From Tubiluchus corallicola (taxonomy: Eukaryota > Animalia > Priapulida), in NCBI GenBank assembly GCA_030141605.1, contig JAQGDQ010000187.1, forward strand, positions 186,001 to 250,000: 64,000 nucleotides of DNA, in the 5' to 3' direction. Within the stretch, counting starts at the first letter, position 1; the number at the start of each line of letters is the position of its first letter. Below the pieces are notes generated by a model that did not search any database, was not told the DNA's origin, and saw only the letters and a program-made list of their open reading frames with translations. Both the position numbers and the translations under genes were made by a program. Below, piece by piece: positions 36,431 through 49,499 of the stretch.

Positions 36431-39088
36431 TAGAACTTTCAGACAAGTCATTAACTGTCATTAACATACTAGTGAAATACTAGTTACCGTTGACAAAAGC
36501 ATATTCTCAATAGCAAGTATCTATTTTAGAAGTTAATTTGTAAGTGAAGCACGTGCGTAGCTGTTGGTTGGCTAGATTTTCAGTTTTTGCAGGTTTTCGT
36601 AGACTGATTACTGAGAGAATAATAGCGCTTCTCGTCTTACTTATTTCTGACAGGGTGCTTAGGAAACGAAATTGTTGTCCGTATCGTTAACTAAAGACAC
36701 AACTGACTTCCTCTGTGTTCTTTGGCTTTTGCGGAAATTAAGAAGTTATTTTATGTTCTGCTCTGTAGTAGCCTTCAATTTGTGTAATTTGCTGAAACTC
36801 TGTAGTCATTAGCTGAACGCCCATTTTAGCCTGATATTTGACATGACATGCAATTTGTCAGTGTTCTTATGAAAAAATCCTGATTAAGTATATTGTTTCT
36901 AAGTAAAATTTATAAATGACAGAACCTTTGTTCTTCATTGGTCTTATGCGGAGATGTCACCAAGCCATCCCCAGTTTTTGAAGCCATGTCAGTTTAAATG
37001 GTGATTTTGCGTTATTCTCTAGTAACTAAGGTAAGTTGGATTAGTCGGACATGACAAACAGCTAAATACAAAGGAAAGTTGAAGGTAAACAACCAGTTTT
37101 AGGAATTCTTTTTAATAAATTGTGTGAATGTTATTGCTGTTGAACTGAATACAATGATAATAATTAAGCAGGTAATTAATTAGAGGTAAGACATTTAATT
37201 GATTTTCAATTTAAATTCAAGCTCGCAGGATTTTTTGCTTGTGTATGCGTCTATAAAAGCATCAATCGTCTCAAAGCACAAAGGACTCCAATCTCAAGTT
37301 GAGAATCAAGCGACCGCTGCAATTCAAGTGCCGTTCGAGATTCTGCCATTTTGCGCTCGCCGTAATTTAATTTTTGGCCAATGTGTCGCAACGACTTTGG
37401 TATATGAACACTGAAAGTTTAAAAACACAGCATATGGGGCAATTGGTTTTTAGCATTTGTAGGACGTAGATAATTAAAACAAACAAACAATTAGCTGTAA
37501 AAATCGCAGTAAAATCAAAATTTTATCAACTTTGCACAAGACCTTCTTGGGATTTTAAACCCCAGGCCGCTGACACGCATTTTTCGTTGTACAGTAGTTT
37601 CTCTCTTAACTCTAATTAAATTCACATGAATGTAGGTCTTAATAAGTTGAAGATCGCCTCTTAATCTCTACAAGTAATAAGCCTATGGATCAATTTATAA
37701 GTATTAGTTAAGTACTGTTATAATTACCGATAGTTTTTTGTCGATATTATAACGCTTTTATCAGTAGCAGCATATGAGCAATGATCTTAGCTGCTTAGCA
37801 GGTAGGTGCTGAATCATATACTTCAAAATGTTGTTGAACCGAATTCCGAAACCAACTTTACCGCAATAAAAATTTCGTTTTACTTCTAACATAAACAGTT
37901 CATCATGAAAATTGGCAGCTAACATAGACTCTTGGAGCTGCTGCATCATTGAGCAACAGGATGAAATGCGAGCAGCAACTGTTCACTAGGCGAAAAAAGT
38001 ATTAAAAAAGCGGTTACCATGAAAAGTGGAGTGCACTTTCTGGAATTATTGAAGCAGCTGTTGTTGGTTTAACATTTACTTGGCTTAAATTTTAGTTGCT
38101 TCAGCAATGTACTAATGTGCAGTACATTAATTAAGCAATTTTTATTTTTATTTTGAGTATTTAACTGTTTTAATGCAATAGTCATGTCATAATCGGGCGC
38201 TGCTTAAATGAAAATTAGTTCAAGAAATGATTATGACATAGGATTACAAATTCCATTTGAAATCTATTTCTAAGTTAGTATCAACGACTAAGCTGTATCG
38301 TCAACACACTTACTAATTGCTGTGATTTCTTAAGTCTGATCTTCTAGGCAAACAACGTTAGAGCAGAAATTAGAGTGACCACAATTTTGTAGATCAGACC
38401 TTCAGTTTGACTTTGCATCCGATATTATATTTTGTTTGGAGTTGTTCACTTTTTGCCGGACATTTAAATTCACAAGGAAAGGTCAGCAATTGAATTAGAA
38501 AAGGTTATTAAATGTCTGCTTCTTTATCATTGTCAGTCGAGGACATGTAGTTGTTGAATGGCAGAAGAGTGTACCTCATTTAGCAAGTTTCAGCACTGCA
38601 CTGTGTTAAAGTAAAATGTGAATTATGTAAAGCCTTACTGTGAACAACGTGATGGCAAACTGACGTCCCCTTGTATAGATTGTAAATGCTTTACAATAAC
38701 TAGGAGTAGTTTTGAAACAGTTTCTATCATCTATTTGTAAAACTAGCAAGATGTGTGCATACCTATTTTGTACCTAGTTTTGGGACTACAATCATCGTTG
38801 CTGCAAGCTGTCAGTTAGGCAAAGCAAGAATTGTCTGAAGCACTCAGAAGAACGTATAGAAAGTACAAATTTTGCTTAACAGTAATTTCTCATATAAACA
38901 TCTACTCTTTAGGCAATATATAGACAATTAGACATTATAGGAACTACTCTGATATTTCCTTTTTAAATATTATGAAAATAAATGTTGGTGAAAGAATCTG
39001 CACTGTGTATGCAGTTGGTCAAAGAAAATTGCTCTTTATGCTGTAACAGAGGCTTGCTTCAGTCTATAACCCTGTATAATTATAGCAG

Positions 39089-39680
39089 TTTAAAGAACCG
39101 TGACACAGTGCCGGTGACGTTATTTGGGTTGTTGGCATAGTTGGTGTTGTTGTTGTCGTTGTCGTTGTTACACTGTTTGAAAGCTATCACTGACCACAGT
39201 ATTCATCACAGGAAGCTGAAATTTTAGAAGAAGATTCTACGGACTGTTGCGCAACGATTTTTCGCGCACAGTTTTTATTTTCTGTAACATTTTATGCTTT
39301 CTGGCGATTATAAACGATTTTTAAAAGCGTTAATACAATTTCCAACGTTTTACGAATTTATGACCTGCAGAATAATGGATTCTTCGAAGAAAATTTTTAC
39401 GAAAACTGAAATGCTGAATGTTAAAAGCGACTGAGACAGTCACGTAAATAACAATTTGCAAATTAGGCTACTGTGCATATCGCGACGGAAAAGAGATTGC
39501 TTAAAGGCGAAAGCAAAATTTAAGTCGTGAAACCGAAATGGAAATAATTTAGCTAAGTTGAATCTCGAAAGTTAGAATGAACTGACGCTTATTACGGCAA
39601 TTTGTACATCACCATGGTTATATATCATGGCTTTGATGGATTTGGGGATATTTCATCAGCCTATACATATCATCTTTGTT
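39089..39680 (+). mobile_element. Helentron-associated (HINE/DINE-1-like) non-autonomous element
   Basis: T-rich start, short core with ggtgacgtta, internal (GTT/GTC)n microsatellite, tgaaatttt motif, reverse copy tacatcacc near the 3' end, and a ttgtt terminus. Confidence 0.45.
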
Positions 39681-42600
39681 AGCTTAAATGATTAAGCTGT
39701 ATACACTTACAACTGTTGCGAGATACATTTCAGCGTATAAATTACAAGCTTGTGCATTGTGTGCAGTTCTGTTAATAGGCTATGTTTTCACAGAGTAATA
39801 TAGATGCCTGGCTTCCGCAGCATTCAGCTATTTATTAATGAGTGTTTAAGAATTGGAAGTTAGAAATACCTGGATTTCCTCGTAATATTGTTCTATTTCT
39901 ATTCTACGCATGTAGTTATACCAGAAAAATGTCGTGTTTTTCCAGGAAAAATGCAATCGAGTTTTCATAAATTTATTTATTGTGGAAACGGCTTAATGAT
40001 GCAGTAATATTGTTGCGCAGAATAGCATTTGGCACTCGTAACATTGTAAATAACTTAACTGAAAACGTCTAATTTTCTTTGCTCAGAAGTTCGCTGTAGT
40101 CAAGCAGACAAACTTTCTTATATATACGTTTTATCTTGATAATTGTAACATAGAGAGTGGATTAGGGAGTAAATCCGCAGGACCCCAAGTTAAATAATCT
40201 CACCAAGTTCGGTGACATTGCTGTTGGCCACTGCTAGCTTTTATTGTGACCCTTTGATTGCTGACCTTTGACCTTTCTTCATATTCGTGTCAAGGGCAGA
40301 GAGTTAGAAAGCTAAATAGCCCCAATAGAGCTTCGTGTGAATCCTATGTACTTTATCTACGCGTATTGTTGATTAGTCGAAACGGCTTCCACAGTCACAG
40401 ACTTCGATTTTAAAGCGGAACTTTGAACTGTATGTGCAAATAACGTTGCCCGTGTGTGTATAACTGCACTAAATAACACACTCTATTTAATTCAGAAAAG
40501 GTCATTCGAGCTAGTTGAATGTTATTGTGTAATGCTTTACTTCGCAACCAAACACGTTCTCTGCTGACCCGTGTAGCTTAATACAGCTGGCTCTGGTAGT
40601 TAATTATATCAGCTCGTGCGTAGGAAAGGTATTTTGTCATCTGCTAAAAGCATTTCTACGTTAACTTCTGAAAGTAACGAATGAAGGGGAAAACAAACAA
40701 AAACGTCTATGTTGTTACGCAATCGATTAATCTGAAGGCTTCCCATCAAAAGGTTGTGTTTTGGGTTGTATTGTTATACAAGTCATAATACAACCTCCAC
40801 GCCTGAAGGTTAATATGGTGTCTGAAGAGTGTAAATAAATAGGCCTACATTTAATATTCAGTAAACGGTTTAGTAGGTAAGTCCTGATCGTTAAGACTGC
40901 ATGAAAATTCTCGTCCGCCCTGTTATACACCAACCTGTCCGTGTTGCAAATCTAAAACGGCGTCTAATGCAATTCGCACGTCTAAATAATTTAACCTTTT
41001 TCAAGTAGGATCTGATAAGGCTAAACAACATTTGGATATGAATTTTGAGTCTTTTAACTGCATAGGTACTTCCACGAATTTACTGCTTAAGCAGTTTTTG
41101 TTCTTAAAATATTGTATACCAGTACAATCAGCTGCTACACGAGTGAGCTTAAATTTCGCAAAGATTATTTGTAAAACATTTCCTTGCTGCCACTTCCACT
41201 TCCTAGCTCCTGCTAGACTAGAGATTAGTCAATAGAAAAGCCTGATAGTGACGGAGCGTATCTTTCTTGCTCATTTTGGGTAATGATCTCTGAGTGATAT
41301 TCCTTCTTGACATCGACGGGGTCTTTGAAAATAAGCTTACGTTTCCCTAAAACATTGTGCCATTTAAATTTTTGCTGTTCTATGCATGTTTCGAATAATG
41401 ATCTTCTAGTGACCTTTCACATAACCCAATCATTGTGATATGTTTTGTCTGTTGTATTTCACATGTGTATGGCTATAGTCATGTTCTTACATCTTTTTGC
41501 AGATAGTAATGACCGGTTTGATCCAAGATCACAAGTTTAACATGAAATTAAATATTCCAAACTCTCCATCACATTACCGCTCAAAAATGGTTTTAACTTT
41601 ATCTGCATAAACCTTTAAAATGGCCTTGGTCTAAACAAGGTGTCATGGTTTGCAACTGATATGCGTGATTTTTCGCAGAATTAAATTTCGTGTAAGTTGA
41701 ACAGTTCTGGAGTTATTTCAACTTTGGTTTATCACAACAATAAGAACATAAAGTACTGCAGTGTGGAAAACGTATTAGTACTACATCGATGTAGTTACTG
41801 TTAATGATTAAGGAGCTTGATAAATCATAATACAGTATTCGTCTTCATTTGTTATCTGCCGCACAGCTAAAGTTTTTTAGCATTTGCAATCACAGGCTTA
41901 GCGGCACACGTAGAGAATGTTTTCCCACACTGCAAGGTGCCATAAATTGCGACATTTTTCCGCTATTCAATGACAGATCGCGTCTAATTTTCTTCATTAT
42001 TTACGCCAGATCTTGCACATTTACATCAGATTTCTCGTGTACGCCTCATTGAAGCAGAGACGGATGTATGCCTAGCTTTTGGACTTCCACGCGCAGCAAC
42101 TTGTCACGCTTCATTTAGCGCACGGCTTCTCCTTGGGTTGCCCGACACAAAAAACGATTTTGAATCAGGTTAAAAACCTTGTCACAAGGTTCCCGTGTAA
42201 ATAAAACAATTAGACTGCCCATTTCTGAGAATTCGCAGGAGGTAGGCTATATCCAGGCACCCGGCTTGATTAGCTGGAAATGCTTCAGTGGAATTTTATT
42301 GAAACGTAATGGCTTCTAACGAAGTAATTTTATGTGATTTTACCTGTCGTATAATTTTGACCGTAATTACTGCTTGACATTTCCATTTAGGGTTCATTCA
42401 TAGAACATGAATATAATACTCTTCTTCCTCTTGATTGCGATGTACCATGTCATCTTCTGTCACTAGGAAATTAGTTCTGTGAATAACTATTCTATTTCAC
42501 TGGAAATATATTTTGCTGTTGTTCCTTACTCTTAGTGATTATTGCCTGTGATCGGAACGATTTGCATATGGCCATATTTCATTTATAATGGCCAACATTT

Positions 42601-45212
42601 TTTGTTATCGAAATATTTTCACAATTGTTACCGTTTCTGGTGACTCCAGTGCGAAAGCGCTCCGACTAAGTATTTTTTACCAATAAGTCTAATTTTCAGG
42701 GTTATCAGTGTTTTATTCTTCGGAAGAAACGCTTTCTAGGATATTTTGAGAATTAAATTATTGTTATTTCGGTTCATCACCATCTTCGAGTAATTTACTA
42801 GATTTTCGTGTTTGGGCTTTTAACATTTTGTCTTTTCAGTGCTGCCGCTGCGCCATCTGTTCGCAGATTATAAAAGCTATTCGCAACACAAAACGAAGTA
42901 TACGCATGCGTGTTATTAAATCGTATGCTAGTACCGTATGTATTAATGTATTCATTTTATGAATTTTGTTTTATTCGTTAACATATGCATCCAGCCGCTT
43001 TCTATTCTGAGAATTCGTGACTTTATCTTGATTGTGAAACACGTTTGTTTGAACACTAACAAAAGACCCAATATTCTTAAGTTTAAACTCAAATTAACGT
43101 TATCGTATCAGCAGAACCATTTCGACTCCATTTAGGACTGAATCTATTGTAACTGCAGTCAAGGTTTGATGACATTGCTTGGTTGCGTTTAATAATTATT
43201 TTATGGCATAGGACACAATGTCGTAGATGGGTGATTATTTACTTAAAGATTTACTTAAGAATTTGTGGTTATTGTTTTAATTTAGTGCATTTTTCTTTTT
43301 CATGCTACCTCTTCGATTGGAACTATGTCCCATTGGCTTTTCGGCGTACCTGTAGGTAAGTCTCTATTTGCTTTTAATAATGTTGAACTGTAACTGCTTA
43401 AGTAACACTAAGTGAATTTTAGCACTTTTACGATAAATGATAATTCTTGTGCGAAATAGTGACCATTTTGATGTGTATATTATGTGGACGCTGTATACAT
43501 TTTGTCACAAACAAATTACAATTGATATTATAACTTATGCTGGGCGCGTCAGTCGAGAAGATAATAGTTTTTTGTCAATCAGTTGGGGAACGATTTATAA
43601 TTTTACTTTGGAAAGAACTGTAAAAACGTAGTGTGGGTAACGAGAAGACACGAACTTTAACTTATAATAGTTTGTTTCGTGAGTAGTGAAGCAAGCTTTT
43701 GTTATAAAATGTAGGAGCAAGTTAGATGCACCTCCCGCGTTTCGATGGCGCCACAGTGCAACATTTAGACATGGCAAAATCGACATATAATTACAAGTGT
43801 TTTTGCACAGTAATAACAGAATCTTTTTCATAGAAAATTTATTTCAGCATAAATAAAATTACAAGATTAAATAAAGCACTTGCAGAAAAACACCGTATAA
43901 GTGGTGTTACATTTTGTACGCTTCAGACTGCAGAACTGACTGGAGCCCGAAACAAATCCAATGTGTAATACATTGTAGAGACTGAATTATGCTGCAAAAA
44001 CGAATCTCTCTCGACGCATTTGCGCATTTTTACTTAACTTTTCTTTTTACATAAGAATGTAAATTGTTTAATGCCCGAAATGTGCATAGTGCATCGTTCT
44101 TGCTTCATATGTTAAATGTTTATTTCACAAGGGAAAGTTGTGACAAGTGTATATACCAGTTGTACCATTAATATATATATCACAATGCTATAATCACAAC
44201 AAAGTGGTTAGTGACTTGGGGGAATTGTTAGAGGATGAATGATCGCCGGTATAATAACGGTAGTGACGAGGAGACACTAAACGGGCTGAATCCTATGCAT
44301 TCACGTTGTTGTTGTAGATTACAAATAGGAAGAGTCTTTAAGTGTGAGTAAGCCGCTTGCTAACCTCGAGTTTTTGCTTTTTCAATTGATGAACATAGAC
44401 AGAGCGGATAGGCTTATTACACTCTCTTATATAGTTCAAGGTGTCTCTGGAATGACTGGCTCTATCATTAGACATTAACACCGATGTAAACCAAGAAAGT
44501 CGGCATAGCTTCATCAAGCTTAGCATGCTTCACTGAGCCACAAGTGAAATCCGAATAAGCATGACCTTATTTTGGAATGGCAAGGTTTTTGGACTAATAT
44601 ATGCGGGTATCCCTGAAGTGATTGCATTGGAGCGCTGCACCACTGGCTTCAGTCAGAGTTTCAATGTGACATATGAAGCTGGCGCCATCTTCCTAGCGCC
44701 AGTACATAATGCTTGGGTTTCTTTCACTATTCTTATATTATATTATTTTGCTGTAAATGAGTCTAACGAAAAAAATTCAAAATTATAGACAAAACACGGA
44801 GTATCAACTGAGTCGCTGTACTAGAACACGGTTCATATAAAATTTTAACTAAAGTTTATCGTTGCTTGAGAATTCCCTGTATCTGATGCTCAGTTGCTGT
44901 TATAAGTTTACTTTTATTTCACAAGGGATATACTATTCGAAATTTATACTTTTACCATGAATGAATAGTGTGCCATATAAAATCACTCTTCAAGATGTCT
45001 TTAGTTCCCGCCAGAACAGCCGCGTATACGCTTCTAAAACCTTTTTCCCTTTCGCATTTGTTTATAGGAAGTTGTTAAGTTGTTAATAGAAATTGTAGCA
45101 CCATCTTTGGTTTTGTTAATTGATGATGATCCAATCTCGAGCTTCACTGTTCTGCATAGAATATGCAATTTGTTGTTATTTTTTTATATTTGACAGCTAT
45201 GACAGAGAAAGT

Positions 45213-45483
45213 CGTACAGTACAATAACAGATAAAGGCACTGATGTTTAATACATATAATAAAAGTTACTAAAGAAATTCGCCATTTATTTCATTTTAAT
45301 TACAAAACTAAAATAATGGACATATAGAATTGCTTAATATGGAATATAATGTTGCGGAAGAAATTGAAAAGCCGCACGAATATAAACCCCTTAAATTTTA
45401 ATATTACAAACAATAAAATAAACCCAAAAAATGATTTTTTGGGACCCGCGTGCGGTATACTGGACAGGCACCTTCAGTGTTAA
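45213..45483. mobile_element. Interspersed repeat end terminating in cagtg-TTAA (piggyBac-like), second copy at 54725-54979
   Basis: About 260 bp align colinearly to 54725-54979, and both copies end at TTAA. Confidence 0.6.
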
Positions 45484-46702
45484 GCAGAAAATTTTGCCAA
45501 AAATGCAGCTCTTGTTCTTGTAATCCAACTAGTTGGATTCGAAAGCTGTCATCAGAGGTTTGTACAGCAATGGTTTATTACAGTCACAGCTGCTGATGCG
45601 TCTCAGTGATAATTTCAAAACATTTCGAAGCCAGCTGGCCCTTTTGTCGCTTGTACCTTGTTGGTATGAGAAATGATGGCGCTATCTGATTCTAGCTGTA
45701 TAAAACAGTCCCTCGAATTAAAATAAACGTAAGCTACTCCTGCGAGTTTCACTCGTCCAAGTTAGAGGCTTTGCCAAGCATTACGGCAGCAATATAAGCG
45801 GTAATAATTATAATTATAATGTAAACATCAATTGCAAAATACAAAAATATAATGTACAAAAATAATGTACAATTCAAGGCGCAATATGTAAACGTGTATT
45901 GTCTGTAAACATTTATTTACATATAAATGTAAATGTATATATATAGGTCTGCGTGTACTGTACAATGATTGTTTGAAGTTTTCATTTATTTTAATGTAAA
46001 TATGAAGTTATTACGCAAAGTAAAATAGTGAAATCAACCATCAAACGTTATAAGAATCACTGTGACGAGTAATCCAATAACGACCTTTTGATCGGAAGAG
46101 AAATTCTTTCATTTTCAGTGAAACACTGAAAACCAGGATTCACGCACTATAAAATTTAATGACTCGTATATGTTACAAAACGCAGACATGCCACGTGAAG
46201 GTCGGATTTAGATTCTTCAGGAAAAGCACTGATCAACTTCTAGATTCTGCATGTTTTGCATTTTTGTTCCTGGTAGTTAATTTTAATTTTTACATTTTCA
46301 CGCCAACGGGTTTTTGTTTAATTGAAACTTCAGAACCTATTAAACCAACAACCCAGAGAGTCTTGGTCAAACGAACGCGGTACCAACATGTGATTGTGCC
46401 ACCATTTACGGACGTACTTAAGATGTACAGAACTGGACGTCTGCTGGGCACCCCATTTGCATGTTTACCTGGTACGCCCCCGAAAGTAGTCCAAAAAGAT
46501 GGGTTGAATTAAATATTTGGGTGCCACTTAAAATGTCCTCCCTGTTGTGCACACAACCCTCATATAAAAGGCGTGTAGACGACGGCCACGTCAGCCACCT
46601 CGTAAGACTCCCAGATACCCTTTAAAGTTCAAATGTTCTAGATGTATCAAAGATTAGAGGTAGCAGTTAAAACAATTTTAGCTAGAACTTAATGGAGCTT
46701 AA

Positions 46703-46927
46703 ATAGGACCGTGCCAGACGAGAAACCCTCTGTTTAAACTCTGCCAGATATCCTTTTATATGATATTTATTGACCATGATTTACAAGCCATACAATTACA
46801 ATTACAAGTTACAAAACATTACCTAAAGAATGCAGTACATTACAGTGAAGAAAAAACTACACAGACAAAACCCTGCACAAGAGGTATAATCGTAAACACA
46901 ACACACAATAAAACACAGTAATGATGA

Positions 46928-46963
<36 letters not shown>

Positions 46964-47410
46964 TGGTGGTGGTGGTGGTGGTGGTGGTGGTGATGGTGAT
47001 GGTGATGATGATGATGGTAAACGGTATTTACAGTGGTTAAATATTTCAATTATATTTATATGTCCCGTCTGACTCTCCAGGGGGTTTAGCCCGGACCAAA
47101 CATTGAAAACAGCAGAAAAGCTAAGCAACAAACTGGTAGTAATATCTCATACCTGATGCCAGACCTGCAGCCCTCTGCTTAGTACCTGCCAAACGACTTT
47201 TATTGTGGTTTAGCCCAGGCGCATCGGAGCATTACTAGTGCCAGACTTGTAAATGTCTAATGTAGTCCATTGGCCATTCTTAACCATTGGACATTTTCGG
47301 CGTTCATTCTATATTTTGTCTGGTGTAAACCACCTAGAGGATCAAACGGGGCATATTAAAGGGTGTCTGGCAAAGTTTAAACAGCGGGTCGTTTGTCTGG
47401 CATGGCCCAT
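46703..47410. mobile_element. TTAA-flanked non-autonomous DNA transposon with imperfect TIRs of about 55 bp (Kolobok-like)
   Basis: TTAA-ataggaccgtgccagacgagaaaccctctgtttaaactctgccagatatccttttatatg vs the reverse complement of the right end, TTAA-atgggccatgccagacaaacgacccgctgtttaaactttgccagacaccctttaatatg. Contains a minus-strand retroposon 3' end at about 46760-47050. Confidence 0.65.
46921..47017. repeat. Compound (GAT)(GAC)n(GGT)n(GAT) microsatellite
   Basis: Directly visible. Confidence 0.92.
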
Positions 47411-47779
47411 TTAATACTACGTAGGAAATGTCCAGCTAAAATTGTTTTCAACTAGTTCCTCCAATGTTTGATTCGGCCAAAAAATTTAGACCCTTAGAAA
47501 GTATCTCGGGGTCTTACACGATGGCTGACATGTCTGTCGACCACACTGCTATTGATCTGAAGGAACCCCAATATTTAATCCAATTTCTTTTTCGGACCAT
47601 TTTAGGGGGATACTCGGCTGACATCCAGTTAAGTTCTTCCATAAATGATGAGGCGGTCAGATATTGGTACTATACTCGCTTGACCAACACTCTCTGGGCT
47701 GCCGGACTGTGCTGCGCCCAATAGCGATGGCATTTCGAAATGTCATTTGGATAATTTAACTTTTCATTGCAAAAAACAA

Positions 47780-48707
47780 CTAAATTTGTGTAGTCGACAT
47801 GTAAATGACTGTGTAGATGCTTGTACGACTATAATGCTTGTATGACTGTAGTAAAAACTTTGCTTGGTGTCAGAACTACGACAGCAATGACCTCTATGTA
47901 TGGTAGAAATCAGCCTTCCCGCTGTCAACGGATTTATTAGGAATGTACTGTACCGGTATTTTAGCCGTATTCTTTCAGATCGAGCAGGTGCGGTTCATGA
48001 CCCCTGCACGTTTGCGTATAATCTGTGTATAGCTTCAGGTACACCACGTGCTAGATATCTGAGAACGTTGTTAGCATCGGAAGGAGATATTCTGCAAAGC
48101 GATTTAAACAACCTAAAACACCGAGTTCAACCATTAGAGAAGTCAAGATTTATCCAGATTTATCGGTGTCGGATGTATATAATTCTAACATACCCGTATT
48201 CCAGAAGGTGAAGTTTTCTAGGTTCCGCTTATCTGCCGATAAGCTTGCTATAGAAACTGGCCGCTGGACTCATTTGTCGAGGGAACAACGCTTGTGTTCG
48301 TGTGGGCTGGTACAGACAGAGCGCCATATCATATGTGAATGCACGCAATACTCATAATTTGAGAATGTGCTATAATAATGTAGATTTCTTAAATTTACGA
48401 TCATTTTTCAAATTTGCATGATATGATAAATATGTATGATAATAGTGTGTGAGCTATATTATAATACATATCATATTATAGTATTATATTTAATATTGTG
48501 CTGTAAAAAATTTTAAAACTGAAAGTAACATCCAGTTGTAATGGTACATAAGTGAAATTTAGTGGCAAATATTTTGTACACGTCGAACGTTAGTTTTATG
48601 GACTAATTCTGCTGTGACCAATGACCATCTCCTCGATTGTATGTTTATATCAGTCAATAAATTTATCTATCTGTCTGTCTGTCTGTCTCTCTGCCTGCCT
48701 GCCTGCC

Positions 48708-48752
<45 letters not shown>
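47780..48752 (+). mobile_element. Decayed LINE 3' end (L2/Crack-like) with C-terminal Cys/His motif and microsatellite tail
   Basis: VKTLLGVRTTT..MVEISLP and FSRFRLSADKLAIETGRWTHLSREQRLCSCGLVQTERHIICEC, then AATAAA and a (TCTA/TCTG)n tail. Confidence 0.85.
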
Positions 48753-48753
<1 letters not shown>

Positions 48754-49499
48754 AAACAACGTTAATACACTAATCACCACTATGTGAAAACTACTAACAC
48801 TAGACTGTAGCAGTGGCTTGTCAACACCACCACCTTTAATGTACGGCACATTTTGCAAATTTCCATGTCTGTTGATAAGGAAGCCCATTTCCAAATGTGT
48901 CATCTTATGAATCCAGCTGTGTTGTTTCAATAAAACAGTTTGCACATGGGCTTTCTGGAAGCAAATTGTATTGATTTTGGGTAACGTCTCAATGTATGTT
49001 AATTAACAGTAATGTCAACGTTGCATGCTCACGTTTGAATGCTGTTAACTAACCATCTTTTGTCTTACACTAGAGTGTCTTCTTGAACGTGCTTGCTAAG
49101 AACAAATGTCAGCTAGAATTCCACGCTTTTACAAGCTACATCCATTATCAGATATTTTCCAACATCCGCTGTTATTCAGCTTACAGATAACATAATGTGC
49201 TTTATCTTTTGTTTGTACACGTATAAGCTCTTACTGGTACTTAAGTAAGTATTAACTAAAGGTTCGTTCAATCTTCACGATTTTTTTCAGTAAAAATAAT
49301 TTCAATTAACCGATGCGTCTTTTGCTCGCTTGTCCGTCGTTTCATTGTTCGCTTATTCATATTTTCGGCAAATGTGTGTCGCTAAGATTTTTTGTAAATC
49401 CCTGCACATGCCTCTTTGAACCCGAATTATCCATCTCGGGATGTAATCGTGCCGTTTCCTGACTGCCTATTCAAACTATATTTGTAAATTACTCAGTTA

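Noticed and set aside
40262-40274. Perfect DR1 nuclear-receptor motif TGACCTTTGACCT
   Set aside because: The motif is common in invertebrate interspersed repeats and its flanks look repeat-like; no evidence of function.
45522-45539. 18-bp perfect palindrome aatccaactagttggatt
   Set aside because: Isolated, with no repeated copies or context.
46823-47131. Poly-Pro/Ser and poly-His/Arg ORFs
   Set aside because: Compound microsatellite inside a transposon.
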